A DNA stretch of 64,000 bases from the human T2T-CHM13v2.0 reference genome, Homo sapiens. A model generated the notes under the pieces. That model did not search any database. It was not told the origin of the DNA and saw nothing but the letters and a program-made list of their open reading frames with translations. The stretch lies in the NCBI RefSeq assembly GCF_009914755.1, contig NC_060930.1. One strand, given 5' to 3'. Both the position numbers and the translations under genes were made by a program. Each line of letters starts with the position of its first letter. Positions within the stretch are counted from its first letter, which is position 1. Below are positions 1-15,166 of this stretch, one piece after another.

Positions 1-1292
1 GAGGGAACATTATATTTATGGCATTAACATCCTTATTATTTAAGTCAATTATAGATTTTAGTAAATCCATATATTCAACATGACAAAATGTGCCCCTCCA
101 ATCTATTTCTTTCTTTTTCATGGCAGTACTTGTATTTCTTTTTATAAATTTAAATAATAATTCTGAGTGTCATTTTCTAGAATAGCATTAGCGATTCTAG
201 GTTCATAATATAGAGATTATAATGTGAAATCTAACACCATATTAATGCTTTTGGAAGAAGGTAAGAGATAATATAACTTAAAAAATAAACAATTATAGCA
301 TCCCTTATGCAGAGAGGCTATAGGTTTCTTCAAGGAAATTAGTAAATTTAAAAGCATCAAGGAAGATTTATTCCCAGAGCAAGGTTTTTCTCTCTGATGC
401 AGGTTTTCCAGTTTGATCCTTAAACATGGGAAGAAACATACATGAAGTTTGAATCTGGTGACAAGACAGGAAACAGAAGGGAAATACAGAGACTTACCAG
501 TGTTATTTAACAGTATTGTGAACAACAGGCCAACTTCTATTTCAAAGTAGAGCGATCACAAAAGCTCAAAATAGCCTTGGGCAGTACAGGAGAGCAGATG
601 AAGCACTGAACTGGATGCCAAGATGAAATCAATGAGAGAGAACAGGTGAAAAATTGTCAGCAAGAGTTACATTTTGGGCCTAGGAAAGAATGTGACGATT
701 CCAAAGGGCTACCCACTCTCTGAAACAGGATTGTATGAATTATATTTCCTAGATATATAGCACCTGCAGTGTGGATGGTTAGGAATTTTGGAGAAGTTAA
801 ATTGATTGCTTATTTCATTGTACGTCAATGCAAACATTTTTCAATGAATAGAACATATCTACAATTAACAGAAGAAAGTTCTAGAAAATGTAGCACTCCC
901 TAAGTCAGTGTCTTCTTGGTGAATAAGTAGATGTGTTCTTATATCCTTGATCAGCAACACCCAAGGGACAGAGACAGGACTGATGAAGATTTCTATTCTC
1001 TCAATAAGTTTAGCAGAGCTGATTGGAGTCGTCTGCCGTAGAACATCCACAGAGCAACGATGTATATATATGTCAGTATATCTCAGATGTCCTCTAATTC
1101 AGATTGTGAGGGATGGAAGAGCTTTTGTTTCTTTAGAGTCAGAGGGCACGCTAGACAGTTATGTGCACAAAAACATTCCAGAAATCCCCCATGGCGCCGT
1201 GTCTGGAAATAGTAATTTCTTTGCTTATTGATTTAAAAATGTCTCAATCTGGAAACCAATTAGAATTTTTACGTAAATATTTCAGTAATCTA

Positions 1293-1650
<358 letters not shown>

Positions 1651-2229
1651 GCAAATGGATGTGGACACATACAAGATTTGGAAATTTGATTGCGGGCATG
1701 ACTCAGGGAAATATGAGATTAAACTCTGCTGTGGAAAATGTTCAAGTCCTGATATTTATGTCTATACCATAATTTCCATCTTGCTAAACGTGAGAATTTT
1801 TTAAAGAACTATATAAAAGTTGCTTGGAAAAGCAGCATACTTTTCTAGAAAGATGATTAACCAAATGCTAACCAAACGTTGTCAATGAGGAATAAGTGAT
1901 TGTTCACATTTCTGTGATCCTTTGAAACATGATAGGAATATTTAACTACTCCATAAAATTTGTTTCCCATTTTATATATGTGAGAGTTGCTGGAAACAAA
2001 TGAAACACCATTATAAAGTATCAAATTCTCTCCTTGGAATGAATCGATTTTCCACCAGAGCCATTGAGGCAATTCCTTAGCTCCTGGTTGTCAAAACCTG
2101 GCTTCAGAGAGTGACATCTTTCAGAAGTCCAACTCCTACCCCTCTTGTTAAAAAATATTCACTGACTGCATATTAGTTAGTAAATAACCCTCCCTCCATC
2201 TCTCACTGACAAAAAATCGGACTCATTTT

Positions 2230-2420
2230 CAAATTCTTTCCAAAATGTCATCTCCTTCCTGAAGTCTTTTCTGAATCTTTTCAACCAAATATACTCTGTC
2301 CTTCCTCTGACCTCACAAACTATCTCACTCTTAACTTTGTGACATTTATTTGTTTAATTTGTTCATTTGCCACACTATTTTGTAACTTCCTTGAAGGCAG
2401 AGTTTCTTCTTCGGGTTTGT
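2230..2420 (+). mobile_element. L2 3'-end remnant
   Basis: aaatgtcatctccttcctgaagtcttttctga ... tgtaacttccttgaaggcagag resemble L2 3' consensus motifs. Confidence 0.55.
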
Positions 2421-2442
2421 ATTATCTATCTCATTAGATCAG

Positions 2443-2510
2443 TATTAGATTGATAGATTGATTGATAGATTGATACAGAGCTAGAGAGACAGAGAGATAA
2501 ACAGGTAGAT
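2443..2510. repeat. Degenerate (GATT/GATA)n and GA-rich simple repeat
   Basis: attagattgatagattgattgatagattgatacagagctagagagacagagagat seen directly. Confidence 0.8.
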
Positions 2511-3057
2511 AACTCATGTTCGAATATCTTGTTTTTAGTGGAATTAAATTTTAGAGAAGAAAAGCAGGCAAACATAAAAGGATTTTGAAAGATAGAAGAT
2601 ACTTTGGCCAAAAACATATTTATCAGCAGCATACAAATGTGCTTACACATGGAGGCATTATGGCAACCCAAATACAAACTAGTTCTTTTTTTGTCAACAC
2701 ATTTTTCACTATTGTCACAGTAGCTTGTTTACCATATTTTTCTCTTGACTCACTTGCCTCCTATTATTGGGTCCTAGAATGATCATGTTCCTGCTGGATA
2801 GAGCAAGACATGTTTAGAAGTTTTGCTTATGGAAATCAAAGTTGTTACAATTTCAAGGTCATCTTATCTTTGCACTTTAAATCTACTATTTAGTTCGTCT
2901 TAATCTTTAGCTTTTGTCTACTTCCAACCTCTGAAAGTAATTTTGCCTTTCATTTTGAGCTCCATCCCTGTGTAGAGTTTCAGATGTCTCTTGGCTCTCC
3001 CAGTCCTCCCTCTAAACAACTCACAACCCTGGCATGATCTTTAGTAAGATTCTTCTT

Positions 3058-3060
<3 letters not shown>

Positions 3061-3092
<32 letters not shown>
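3061..3092. repeat. Poly(T)32 mononucleotide run
   Basis: 32 consecutive T, with no adjacent retroelement body recognised. Confidence 0.95.
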
Positions 3093-3094
<2 letters not shown>

Positions 3095-3584
3095 TAAAGG
3101 GCAAGGTGGGTAGGGGAATGGCATAGAAGAACACATTTGGTTGTTTTTCAGGGTACCTAAGTTTATGTAATTATCATCAGGTAGCTCTTGCTCTTTACAT
3201 GGTTTGATGGTCGTTTCTCTGCCAAGTGGTCTTGAAGTCTTGTCAGGGACACTTCTGCTTCAGCAATGATTTCTATAGGAAAGTGAAGCCCATAACATTC
3301 AAACTTGGGTTTTTTATCTTCTTGATTACTAATTAGCTCTAACTTCCAATATCCACAAATAAAACTTCAGAGTCAAGTTAAAAGTCTTTAATTGATTACT
3401 TTAAATTTGAAGGGTATGCATACTTATTTCCATGGAATTGCAAGATCAAAGGGGATGAAATTCCTGAAAGCAGTACTGTGTCCCTCAAATCCTCTGATAT
3501 TAACTGCTCTTAAGGATATGGGGAAATGGGCTAGTTTGGGATGGTCTGTATCATAGCTCTTAGGAAATAAAAAATAAGAATGGA

Positions 3585-3914
<330 letters not shown>

Positions 3915-4028
3915 TTAGGACGAAGGTAAATTACACATTTAAAAACTTAGATGTGTGTGAGAATGATGTTTTTAACAAATTTTAAAAGGTGAATAAGTAA
4001 AATAAATTTAATTTTGAAATAGTTCTAC

Positions 4029-4836
4029 ATTTTTTTGTAAATTATTTCTTCCATGATGATTTAGAGGGACTATCAACAAACCAGTACAAATATTTCATAA
4101 ATAATATCTGCCTGTTTTCTAACCAATTGAGTAATTTGTTGCACAATAAGCCACTTCACATCTTTCTGCAAGTAAAACATTAGCTGTGAATAGTAAAGAC
4201 ATTACACAATGAATTAGGGCACAATTAAAATTTGATTTAAATATTTCTTTAGGGGAGGGAACACCACACTTCCACTTAATGAAAAGAAACATTTTTAGAG
4301 TCCAGAGGTCTTTTGCTTCTTTTACACCTATTATGCCCTGACTGCATAGGGGACAGGTTCCAGCAGCTCAGGCTTTGGTTCTCACAAAGTATGTTTCCCT
4401 GGGTGGAGCAGGCTGGTGCTTCAGTTGAACCCAGGAACCTTTCTCTTTGGCTTCTTTCTCTGACCATTTTCCTTTATGTGTTTTAGGAAGCCGTCTCGGC
4501 ACTTAGAGTGCTTAATATGCTCAATATGCACATGAATTCCCTTGGCAAGAATCTTGTCCTTAACTTGTTTACAACACTGCCAACAGCATGCTGGGTAACA
4601 CTGTAGATTCTTCCAATTTTGCCATGGTAATACTTGTGAGGCATTCCTTTTTGAACAGGACTCATTCCCTTGATGTCTACAGTATCACCTTTCTTCTAAG
4701 TTTGCATGTACATGGCCAAATGAACAACTCCCTGTTTTCCAAATAGACTGGAGAACATGTATCAGTGCCTATCCTCTTTCCCTGTGTGTTCATCATTTTG
4801 GTGAATTACTGAAAGATGGTGGTTCTGGCTGAAAGG
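4029..4836 (-). pseudogene. RPL21: Processed pseudogene of 60S ribosomal protein L21 (5' TOP-like end, disrupted CDS, long 3' extension, short A tail)
   Basis: ORF 4483-4665 ([26 protein letters not shown]) matches RPL21 [26 protein letters not shown]. Intronless. ATG at 4796-4794, native stop at 4333-4331, premature TAG at ~4698-4696, plus frameshifts. 5' end reads CCTTTC at 4836. Confidence 0.95.
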
Positions 4837-5204
4837 CTAATTTTTTAATTTAAAAATTTCTAATGATTCTACTTTTAATAATTTCTAATTAATTTCTAAA
4901 AATCAATTGTATAGTATTAAGTAAATTTCACTTTTCAGAAATGATCTAAATTTGTTTTTGTCTAAACATACCAATATCATAATTTCAGATTCAGATTGAT
5001 TCTGTTTAGCAAGCCATTTAAAATTTGCTTGTAGTTCCCGGTAATAGTATGAGAAGGCAACTTCTTCTTATTTATTTATCCAAATTTGCAGTACTATTCA
5101 ATTCATACAGTATTTACTCATATCCCATTTTAGTTTTGGTTAATTTCTCTTTGGAGAAATATGGGAGACAATGAAATCTCACTTTGGAAAAGAAAAAGAG
5201 AAAC

Positions 5205-5345
5205 TAATTCTTATTCAGTACCTATTACATACCAACCACTGTGTCAGATACTTTAATCTCACAACTATTCTTTGAGGTTGCAAAAGTTTTGTGCATTTTT
5301 ATACGGTTTAAGAAATAAAGTATCAAGAAGTTAAGTAACTAAGTT
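5205..5345 (-). mobile_element. MIR remnant
   Basis: ttattcagtacctattacatacc ... taatctcacaactattctttgagg ... agaagttaagtaact follows the MIR core layout. Confidence 0.55.
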
Positions 5346-5369
5346 GCAAATAACCTAAATGACTCAAAG

Positions 5370-5760
5370 CTAATGGATTGAGTAAACTTTTGTACATTCA
5401 TGTGTTACAATGCAAAAAAGCAATGAAAGATTAGTAAGTATGTTATTATTTGATATCATAAAATGCCTACTAGATATTGCCAAATTTAAAAAATAGTACA
5501 CACAACCATTTATATGTATGTATATGGGTGTGTATACACACACATCTGTTTTTTAAAAAATAAAGACCTACATACAACACAAGACTCACAGAATCACATA
5601 AAATAAAAAAACCACATTAAAACAGAGAAAACTGGTAAAAGTTGCTTTAGCACTTATATCAGGGTAGTGAGTTACAGATGATTTTCATTCTTTTGTTTAT
5701 TCACTCTAAATTTCTGACGATGAGTATATCTCAGCTTTATATTTTAAAAAAGCAACGTAT
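5370..5760 (+). mobile_element. Old L1M(E) 3'-end remnant
   Basis: aatggattgagtaaacttttgtacattcat ... gggtagtgagttacagatgattttcattctttt is typical of L1ME 3' UTRs. Confidence 0.5.
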
Positions 5761-5950
5761 CATTTAAAAAATACGTATTCCAATGTTACACAGTTGTAAA
5801 CATTAGAGCTCAGCTTTGAAATATAAGGTTATATTCTTTCCTCTATGATCAAAGATAGACTACTCAGGCCTAAAGAAAAACACTCAGATACTCCCGTGTG
5901 GGGGCTGGGGGACAGGGAGAGAAAGAGAGAGAGGGAAGAAAGAGTCAAAG

Positions 5951-5986
5951 ACACACACTCACACACACACACACGCACACACACAC
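5951..5986. repeat. (CA)n microsatellite, interrupted
   Basis: acacacactcacacacacacacacgcacacacacac seen directly. Confidence 0.92.
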
Positions 5987-6620
5987 GGGGGGGCGGGGTG
6001 GACATAGAGAAAAGAGCTTTCATTTGGCTGTTCTTGACGTTAGACCACCTTCACTCTAATTACTGACTGTACAGTTGTAAAAGCCCTTCCCAATTACATA
6101 TAAGGATATTTTTGAGTCCTACTGGTTGCTGTTGCAAAGCTATAAAGATCTTCATAATTACCTTCAGGCAGTTAAAAATTTAGAGATCCAGAGAGGTCTA
6201 GGTATAGATTCTTTTGGAATAGCGGGCCAGCTGAAATTGTTAGGTGGTTATTATTCAGTACAAGGGAATTTGGCTCTTCCTGTTTAAATGGCAAATTTAA
6301 CCAATGCACAGATTAGAAGACTCCAAACCAAATCAATTGTATATAGAGAAGAACCTAGAAAAAAGAAAGGAATCCATTTAAACAGCAGAGGAGGTATAGT
6401 AATTGGGCCTATAGATCACAGGCCCAACTAGTAAGATTGTATTACTAAGCCAAAATCATCAATAAAAGAAAATAAAGCCAGGTGACTAAGTTAAGGTCTA
6501 GTATGACAATGGTCATGAATCAACACAAATAATCTTGGCACAAAAGTTTCAGGACAGGCTGTCCAAAAGCAGCTGAGTAGAAGATTCAAGTAAGGTTTTA
6601 TGTATGGTATGTTACGCTGA

Positions 6621-6727
6621 TCTTCCTCCCTCGCTTACTTCCTTGCTTTCTCTTTCCCTCCTTCTTCCTATTCCTCCCTCCCTCCCTTCCTTCCCTTCCT
6701 TAACTTCCTTCTCTCATTTTCCTTCTT
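6621..6727. repeat. CT-rich low complexity ((CCTT/CCCT)n-like)
   Basis: Pyrimidine-rich tract seen directly. Confidence 0.8.
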
Positions 6728-8170
6728 TTACAAAAATAATCTCTACTGCATACATTGTTTGAAGCACTTATAATGATGAATAAGATGTGTCTCTCACCTA
6801 AAAAGAGTTTACAGAATATGTGTGTTGAGGTCATAGGTTAATATTTGTGTTTACTTATTATATCTTGAGTACTCATTTGCAGTGTTTTAGTTGTTCACAA
6901 TCTAACATATGGATTTAATGCTGAACATGTGGCTCCTGCTGTAGAAAGTTATGGGCCTTTGGGCAGAAACCCTACTCCTGACCTTCAAACTGAAATGGAT
7001 GTCCTAAATGATGTAATGTGTATAGCTAATGATGTTATACAGTAGAACTCATTTGTAATAGTGGTATTGAGAAACTGGGCTAATGGCCACATGTAGACTT
7101 AGTAATATAATGAGAGAAATTCATGATGAAACTTTAAGTAAGAGGACATGATTTTTCTTCCAGTATAACTGAATCTTTGCTATTATGAGAAATATTAGGG
7201 TGAAATTTAATAGAATTACACAAAACATATTGAACTACTGTTGGAATAGTATGGAATGTGATATCAAAATCATGCTTCAATAGAATACAAGTTTAGGCTT
7301 GAAATATATTATATTTCAAGTTGAAATTCATGACAGCTGAATAAGGGATATGGTATTGCCTTTTAATGAGCTAATTTCTTCCCAATTTTAAGAGTGACCA
7401 AAGGTCAGCCCTTTTGGATTGCACAGCACACACTTGTAAGAAACCCTTATAAATCATCCTTATGTTCAAGTGCAAGGCAACTATAACACAAGCCCATGTA
7501 TTAAATCAAAAGTGCCTTTCAGAATATGAGAGAGAGACGCAAATGTTCACAGTAACAGTATGCTAAGGGCTTTATGAAATAGAAAATTAACCTTGGAAGT
7601 TTCTCAGTGGACAAGGCTTAGATAAAATAAAAAAGTTATTCCTTTGGTATGCTTAGAGGATACCAAACAATGTAGAACAATTTGTATTTTAATGTGGAAG
7701 TTGTTCCGTCTTGTTTATTTCTGAGTGTCAGTCCTTCTGCCTTATCCCCATTATTTTCAAAACTGTAAACTACATACAGCATGGCTCTAATGAATCAGGT
7801 TGACAGGGATTGCTAATGCATTGGAACATTTCTGAATGTTCAGAGAAATTTGAATTTAGTAAGTGCCATATCTGAAACCAGTACAGAACCTGGGGGTGGA
7901 TAGTTGGTATTGGTGGGTGGTCAGAATTTGACACCCATCCCCAAACTTCAAAAGGGATTTAGAGAAGTATTTCTAATAAGACTGAAGTTAAAAGGATATG
8001 ACAATGGGAATACCAATTGGTTTAATCCTTTTGAATGGCAAATTATTATTAAGAATTAGCTAGCATTAATTTAGTACTTTCTATATGCCAGGAACTGTAT
8101 TAATTTATTTATATATAATTTAATAACTGAATTACTTACTATGTGTAAGGATTCTTAAAAGTATTAATGG

Positions 8171-8937
<767 letters not shown>

Positions 8938-9884
8938 GCTTAAACATTTTCTGGGTGAAAAGAATTCCTGGCTTCTCTACAGGCAGATTCCCTTCACACA
9001 TCTTCCTGCCCAACTACTGTGTCAGTGGGACCCCTGCTCATGTGAATATTTCTTTGTGCCAGTGTTTGGGTCTCCAGGCTAGAGCAATTTTCTTCTGGGC
9101 TTTGGAGCATTTTGTTTCCTACCTCTTAGTAATCCACCCCCAACAGTTGACTCCTGGTTTTGGCATCCACCCTTTCATGAAGCCATCCTCAGGTTGAGGT
9201 GGTTAAACCATTCCATTCCACCATTAGTTGCTCACTGCCACACTGGCTGGCTTCATGCTTTAGTGACGCTAGTAAAACCTCAAGGGATGTATCAAGTATC
9301 CCAAAATCTACTTAAAAAATTTTGGGATGACCAGGGGGCATATTTAGCCATCTTTAGCTCTCAGAATTTCGGCTACATCTCTCTACCAATAATCCTGTTT
9401 ATACTGAGGACTTTACTGATAAGATGGGTTACAAGAATGTTTTCATGCAAGTCCCTAGGACTCCTCGGTAAATTAAGGGTATGGGACTTTGGGATTAAAA
9501 GTCAGTTGCTCTCAGAGACGTCGGAGCATTATAGATACTCAAGAAGTATTTGATGAAGGAAAGAATACTAGGGGTGATAAAGGTAGTCTTTAATATTTTT
9601 ACTAATCAAAAGAATAAGTATTATTTTTCAGAAAATAGGAGGTGGGAAAGACATATGGAGGAAGCAGGGAAATCATTCAGAGGCAGGGAAAATTGATGGA
9701 ATAAGTGCCGCATTTTGGGACAGATATTCAGGGTTAATAAGGAAAATTAAGAGAATAGTGTGATATGATATCAATGGACATGCAGATAACTGATATCAGT
9801 CCTTTAACAAAGGAAATTGCAAATTGTTTTTTCAAGAGTTTCAAAGAGGTACAATTTTTATGGCCTAGACCTTCTGTGGCTGAC

Positions 9885-10368
9885 TGTCATAGGTGAATAA
9901 TGGCTGCCCCAAAATATCAAGTCCAAATCGTTGGAATTTATAAACGTTATCTTCTTTGAAAAAAAGGTCTTTGCAGATATTACAAAGTTAAGGATTTTGA
10001 AATGAATAGATTCTACCTTGGATGACCCAGATGAGCTTTAAATACCATCAAAAGTGTCTTCATAAAATAGAGGCCGAGGGAGATTCCACGCCGACACACA
10101 GAGGAGACAAACAGAAGAGGAGGGTGCAATGTGACCATGGAGACAAAAATTGGGGTGGCATGGCCACAAAACAAGAAACACTCGGAGTTGCCCAAAGGTG
10201 GAAGAGGCAAGAGCAGATACTTCCCTGGATCCTTTGGAGAGACTGTAGTCCTACTGATGCCTTAATTTCAGACTTTGGGCCTTCAGAGCAGTGAGGGAAC
10301 ACATTCCTGTTGTTTTCGGCTAGCAAATCTGTGGTAATTTGTTATGGCAGCCCTAGAAAACACACACA
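9885..10368 (+). mobile_element. MaLR solo LTR, MLT1C-like
   Basis: TG...CA termini; MLT1 motifs aggtctttgcagat, gaagaggcaag, aatttcagactt, gtggtaatttgttatggcagccctagaaaac. Confidence 0.85.
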
Positions 10369-11789
10369 GTGAATAAAATAACTCTTGTGTGGGAAAACAG
10401 CCTCATTCTGATTGGTTGGGGAGGAAAGTGATTGCCAATAGTGTACCTGTAAGACGGTAGAAGGTGAAATCAGCTGTAAAGCGTAGGAAGGCAGTGGTGG
10501 TAGGTGTCTAGGAGTACGGTGGCCACAATAGCATCTGCTATTGTAAGAGCACTGGGGAGTGAAGGTGGGAGAATAAGAGTGGAAGGGTCACTTTCCTGAG
10601 TGCCCTAATCCCTCTTTTAGTTGACACATCAGACCTAGCCATCCAGATGAGATGACATTGTTCTATTTAAAAGACTGGGTGGGAACTGGAGCCAGGATAC
10701 TCTGTGGGGTTATTTATCCAAATCCGGGGTTATTATTCAAAAGTGCATGGCTGGGCAAATAGGTTTATGCCATAGTTTATCAAGACGGAAACCAAAAGAA
10801 AGAAAGTTGCCAAATTAATTTTTGGGGGCTTGAAGAACAGTTGTTTGTAAAGAAATGGTTTAAATTACAGATTAAAAAAAAAACACACACAAAAATCCGT
10901 GCTGCTTCAAAACTCAAACTAGACTACCTCCACAAGCATTCCTTCCTCAAAGCCACCTTGTAGACACCAGACCTAGTAAATTTACATTTGACAGACAAAT
11001 AGGAAACTTTTTCATGTTACACAAAGGCAACATTATAATCTAGCTGTCAGGCCTTAGCTCCATTGATGCACTGAGATGTGGGCCAGATGAAGATAATTCA
11101 GGGAATCTAGCTCCAGCGAGAGTTTCAGGGAGCCCTCCCTCAGTTAGTTGATATCCCAAACGCTTATCACAAAAGCAAGAGAAACTTGATAACGACCTGG
11201 CAGTGGTGACCAGACTTATTCTTCCTAGAACAAGAAAGTGATATTCAGAGATTGACATACCCTTAAAACGATCAAAAGGGAAAAGCAAGGTTTTCTTTTT
11301 AGAGGTTCAAGTCATGCTGAGTTTGGTCAGATAGTGTGAGGGGCCCAGTCGAGTCACTTGTGAGGGTATATAAAATAAAGTTGGGAAACAAAGGAAACGA
11401 GTGAAAAGAATGAGGTATTTATTCACTAAAAGGACCAATGAAACCGATCCCCTCTAAGTGTAAAAGGAGGAGTAGAGATTACTGTGCCTGTTGTTTAAAA
11501 TGTGTGGACAGAAGATTATTTCTAGAGGACACTTAGTATATATTTACCATGGTATGCATCAAAGGCAACAGAATTTTGTTACGTCGCTTACCATAAAATA
11601 TTAGAATAAAAAATCAATATTGATGTTTCTGTTTTAAAAAGTAATACATGTTCATTATTTAAAAAAATAAACAAGTGCTGTAATAAAAGTATATAGTATG
11701 GAGGGCGACATTCTCAGAGATACCCACTTCTTGGTGTCAGCCACAATTAACTGTTTGGTGTACAAAATCACAGAAATAAGGGCTGATAA

Positions 11790-11900
11790 ATTTGTAGATG
11801 CTGTCTAATCCAATTCCCTTATTTCATAGTGGAGGAAGATGAGGCACAAACAGGGCTACAAGGCTACTGAGTTACTGAAGATTGTCCAGTTAGTTAGAGA
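11790..11900 (-). mobile_element. MIR remnant
   Basis: cccttatttcatagtggaggaagatgaggcaca resembles the MIR core. Confidence 0.45.
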
Positions 11901-12824
11901 AAGATGCTGGTTTGCTCTTATATTACCTACAGATACAGATAATTTTATTCACCTTTTTTTTTTCTGTTGAGCTATCAGGGAAACACATCCTAGATATTCA
12001 GAACCCCCTACTAGGTTGACTAAAACAAAGCAAGGAAGGAAATTTTAAAAATAGCAGAGGGTCTCTAAAGACAGCTGCTTGAGGTAAGCAAATGAACAGG
12101 TGTTTATGATTGAATTATTAGCCTCAATAAATTGAAGAAAACACCATTTTTTTTTCAAACTTGAGGTAAAAACACAATAACAATAGAGAATTTATCACTC
12201 TCCAGAACTTTCTGTGTTGAATACAGGAGTATATTTTTAGCTTTTTCTCTAGGAAAACGGCTTCCAGTTTCTGAATCATTTTGGCTAATTTTTATATGCT
12301 TCCGATCTATCCTCTGCAGCACTCCCGCAAGCTGCTTATTTTGTGGCAAATAGTAGCAAACAACTTTTTATTTTTTTCAGAGATATCCAGAATTTCGCCA
12401 AATGGTGATGTTTTTTCCTCTAAAAGAGTCCTTGTGAAAATCCCTTACTTCTGTCTAATAAATGCCATATTCAATATTTACTTTCTCCAGGGACGATTGT
12501 TTCAGTACTATGAAAATCTCAGAAGAGCAACTAGAGTCATTTAACCTACTCTTAATCTGTCCTAATGCCATTTCTCTCTTAAACGTGTCTCCATTTTTTT
12601 CAGAATTGTATGCCTCTTAGTTTTTCAAAGCAGTGAGTAGGTTGAGCAGAGAAAGGGCCAATACAGCATTTGTTCTCCTCATACTGCTGAGCATAGTCAT
12701 CAAAATGTCCTAAGATATGTGTATGAATAATCATCTAAGAATATGTGTATATTCTGTGTTCATATAGAACACATTTATATACGTACATGTTCTCTGATAC
12801 ATATAGGGTTCTCAATTTTTGAAT

Positions 12825-13030
12825 AGGAAAGGGACTTGGACTTTGAGATCTATAGATTTGGGATCAAATATCAACTTCTACTTCATGGCTATGTGATCTT
12901 GGAAAAGTCATTTAGCTTCTGAAATTTAGTTTTCTCACTTACAAAATGAGGATAATAATGACTATCTTAAGGTGATGTTACAAGGATTATATATGGTAAT
13001 GACATAAAAGGTCTGTTTGATAAATGCTTG
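12825..13030 (+). mobile_element. MIR
   Basis: gctatgtgatcttggaaaagtcatttagcttctgaaatttagttttctcacttacaaaatgaggataataat is the MIR core. Confidence 0.8.
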
Positions 13031-14559
13031 ATGTATCAGTGTCAACAAATGGCAATTATTATTTTCTCATATAATCACATATATTTTCAAAAAACTAAAC
13101 AATACTGCCTGAAAATATTCATCATTTGCCCTTTCTGTCATCTAGAAAATGCTACTTCTTTTAGATCATTTGCAAATTGTAGCTTTGTTCAGTCTTTCCC
13201 AAACTTACACTTTCTCCCCTGCTCCATATTTGACAGCTATAGCTGCTCTGCTATTATCACTTTCTGGCTCCTCTTGTTCATGCATCATTTCAGATTGGAT
13301 TGTAACGTGCTCTGGAACCACTTCAGGTATTCTGCCCTCTGTGCAATTGCCTTAGAATCAACTTCTCCCACAATTAGTTGTCACTGGTTACATTTTTATC
13401 GGTTAACCAAAATGCTTAGTTGAACATAGATTAGGTTGTCATGCCTCTGGAGAGCCTGCAGTTCAGAACTTTTTTACTGGACACTTTCTCTTGTCACTTG
13501 ATGCTAAGAGGAACATGTCAACAGTGAAACTTATCTGAAAGCTGAATATGAAGTAACTGATAGACTTAGGTGTCACATTATATAGTAGACAGTAGTGTTG
13601 CTTGATAGAATATTGTTTGACTCTATGCCAAAAGGCACACTGGGTTCACTATAGCTGTCTAACTTTTCCCATATCAGTATGTCATTTAGAAGCTTGCTAA
13701 AAATGTAGCAAGAGGCCAGGATTATTTTTAGTTGGAAAAGCTTCATTTACTTCTCACAAGGTAAATAGATCTTTAATAACTTCTTTAATTTAGTCTTGTT
13801 TTTAACACATGAAATGGGAATAAATATTCAGTGATTTGAATGATGGATTCTCTATAACAATGAAATATTTAAATGCTCTTACTAGGAGCAGTAATCGACC
13901 GTAACGTTTCTTTTTGACACTCACAAGTATTTTCTGTTAAGTGGGAGTAATGTTTTTAAAACTAAACATAAAATCACAAACATAGAGCATTTTCAATTTG
14001 AACTTTTAATACTTAGAAGTGAGCCTTTATTCAGAAGGCTCATAGAAGTATTTTCCTTAATTGTTGCATGCATAAGGATCTCTTCTAAATTAACATTAAT
14101 TTTATGATTAATTTTGAAACAGAAATCTAATTTTTACTCACTGGCATGAAATGTTTCTTGGAACAGGAAAGAGAAATTTATTTTTGTTTCTTACTAACTC
14201 AGTCATCATTTAATGCCATCTGATATTAAATACCATATTTTCAACAATCTAAAATGAATAATTTACAAAATATTTTAATTATATTGTTATGATATTAAAT
14301 ATGGTAGGCTATGTATAGTAACACAAGCTCACCAATAATGAATTTGCTGAGATTAACTGTGAAATCTGGTTGAGAGATATGCCTGTGGAGGATTATCCTC
14401 CCATGGTAAGAACCATGAAGGTGGTTCATTCATTTGACTAAAGCTTTGAGCTCATGCTTATGTGGTAGACCACTTTTCCTCCATTTCTTATCAAAAAAAT
14501 GTGTAGCCAGAGGAAAACAGTATTTTCAAATATTTCTTATAGTAGATTAAGACAATAGT

Positions 14560-14975
14560 TGCTATTGTTTGGATGTTTGTTCTCTGCAAATATCATGTTG
14601 AAATTTAATTCCTAGTGTGGCAATGCTGGGAGGTGGGTCCTAGGTCATGGGACACATCCTGCATGAACAGATAAATGTTCTCTCTTGGTGCTGAGTGAGG
14701 TTTCACTTTATTATTTCCCATAAGAGCTGGTTGTTAAAAAGAGCTTAGCACCTCCTCCTTCTTTGTCTTGGTTGCTCTCTGTACATCTGATCTCTGCACA
14801 CTCTGGCTTTCCTTCACCTTCCAGCTAGTGGAAGCAGCCTGAGGCCCTCACCAGATGCTCAATCTTGAATGTTCCAGTTCCAGTCAGCAAAACTATGGGC
14901 TACATAAATTTCTTTTCTTTATAAATTACCCAGTCTCAGCTATTTCTTTAGAACAACACTAAGCAGACTAAGCCA
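14560..14975 (+). mobile_element. MaLR solo LTR, MSTB-like
   Basis: TGCTATTGTTTGGATGTTTG start; ataaattacccagtctcag ... agactaagcca end; 5-bp TSD atagt/atagc. Confidence 0.88.
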
Positions 14976-15166
14976 ATAGCTCTTCTATTTCCTGTATGTG
15001 TAGTGCTTGAGAATAGATCATTATGTAGCAAAAATTCCTGATCTTTGACTTCACCAGAACTGACGGAGGTGTATTTTGTTGTTGCTGTTATTTTTCTCCC
15101 TTTAAATTGTCTAAAGGACTATTTATCAATCAATTTCTGGCCATTTCAAACTTGTCGTATTTTACT

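Noticed and set aside
455-615. Minus-strand donor CTG/gtaagt at ~497 with nearby pyrimidine tracts
   Set aside because: The next acceptor is only about 40 nt away, too short for an intron, and there is no supporting ORF.
3061-3092. Poly(T)32 as an orphan retrotransposon tail
   Set aside because: No TSD or element body identifiable.
13209-13350. Possible minus-strand exon (open frame GRIPEVVPEHVTIQSEMMHEQEEPESDNSRAAIAVKYGAGEK ending at gtaagt)
   Set aside because: No polypyrimidine tract at the candidate acceptors and the peptide is not recognisable; the overlapping 131-aa + strand ORF is also unrecognisable.
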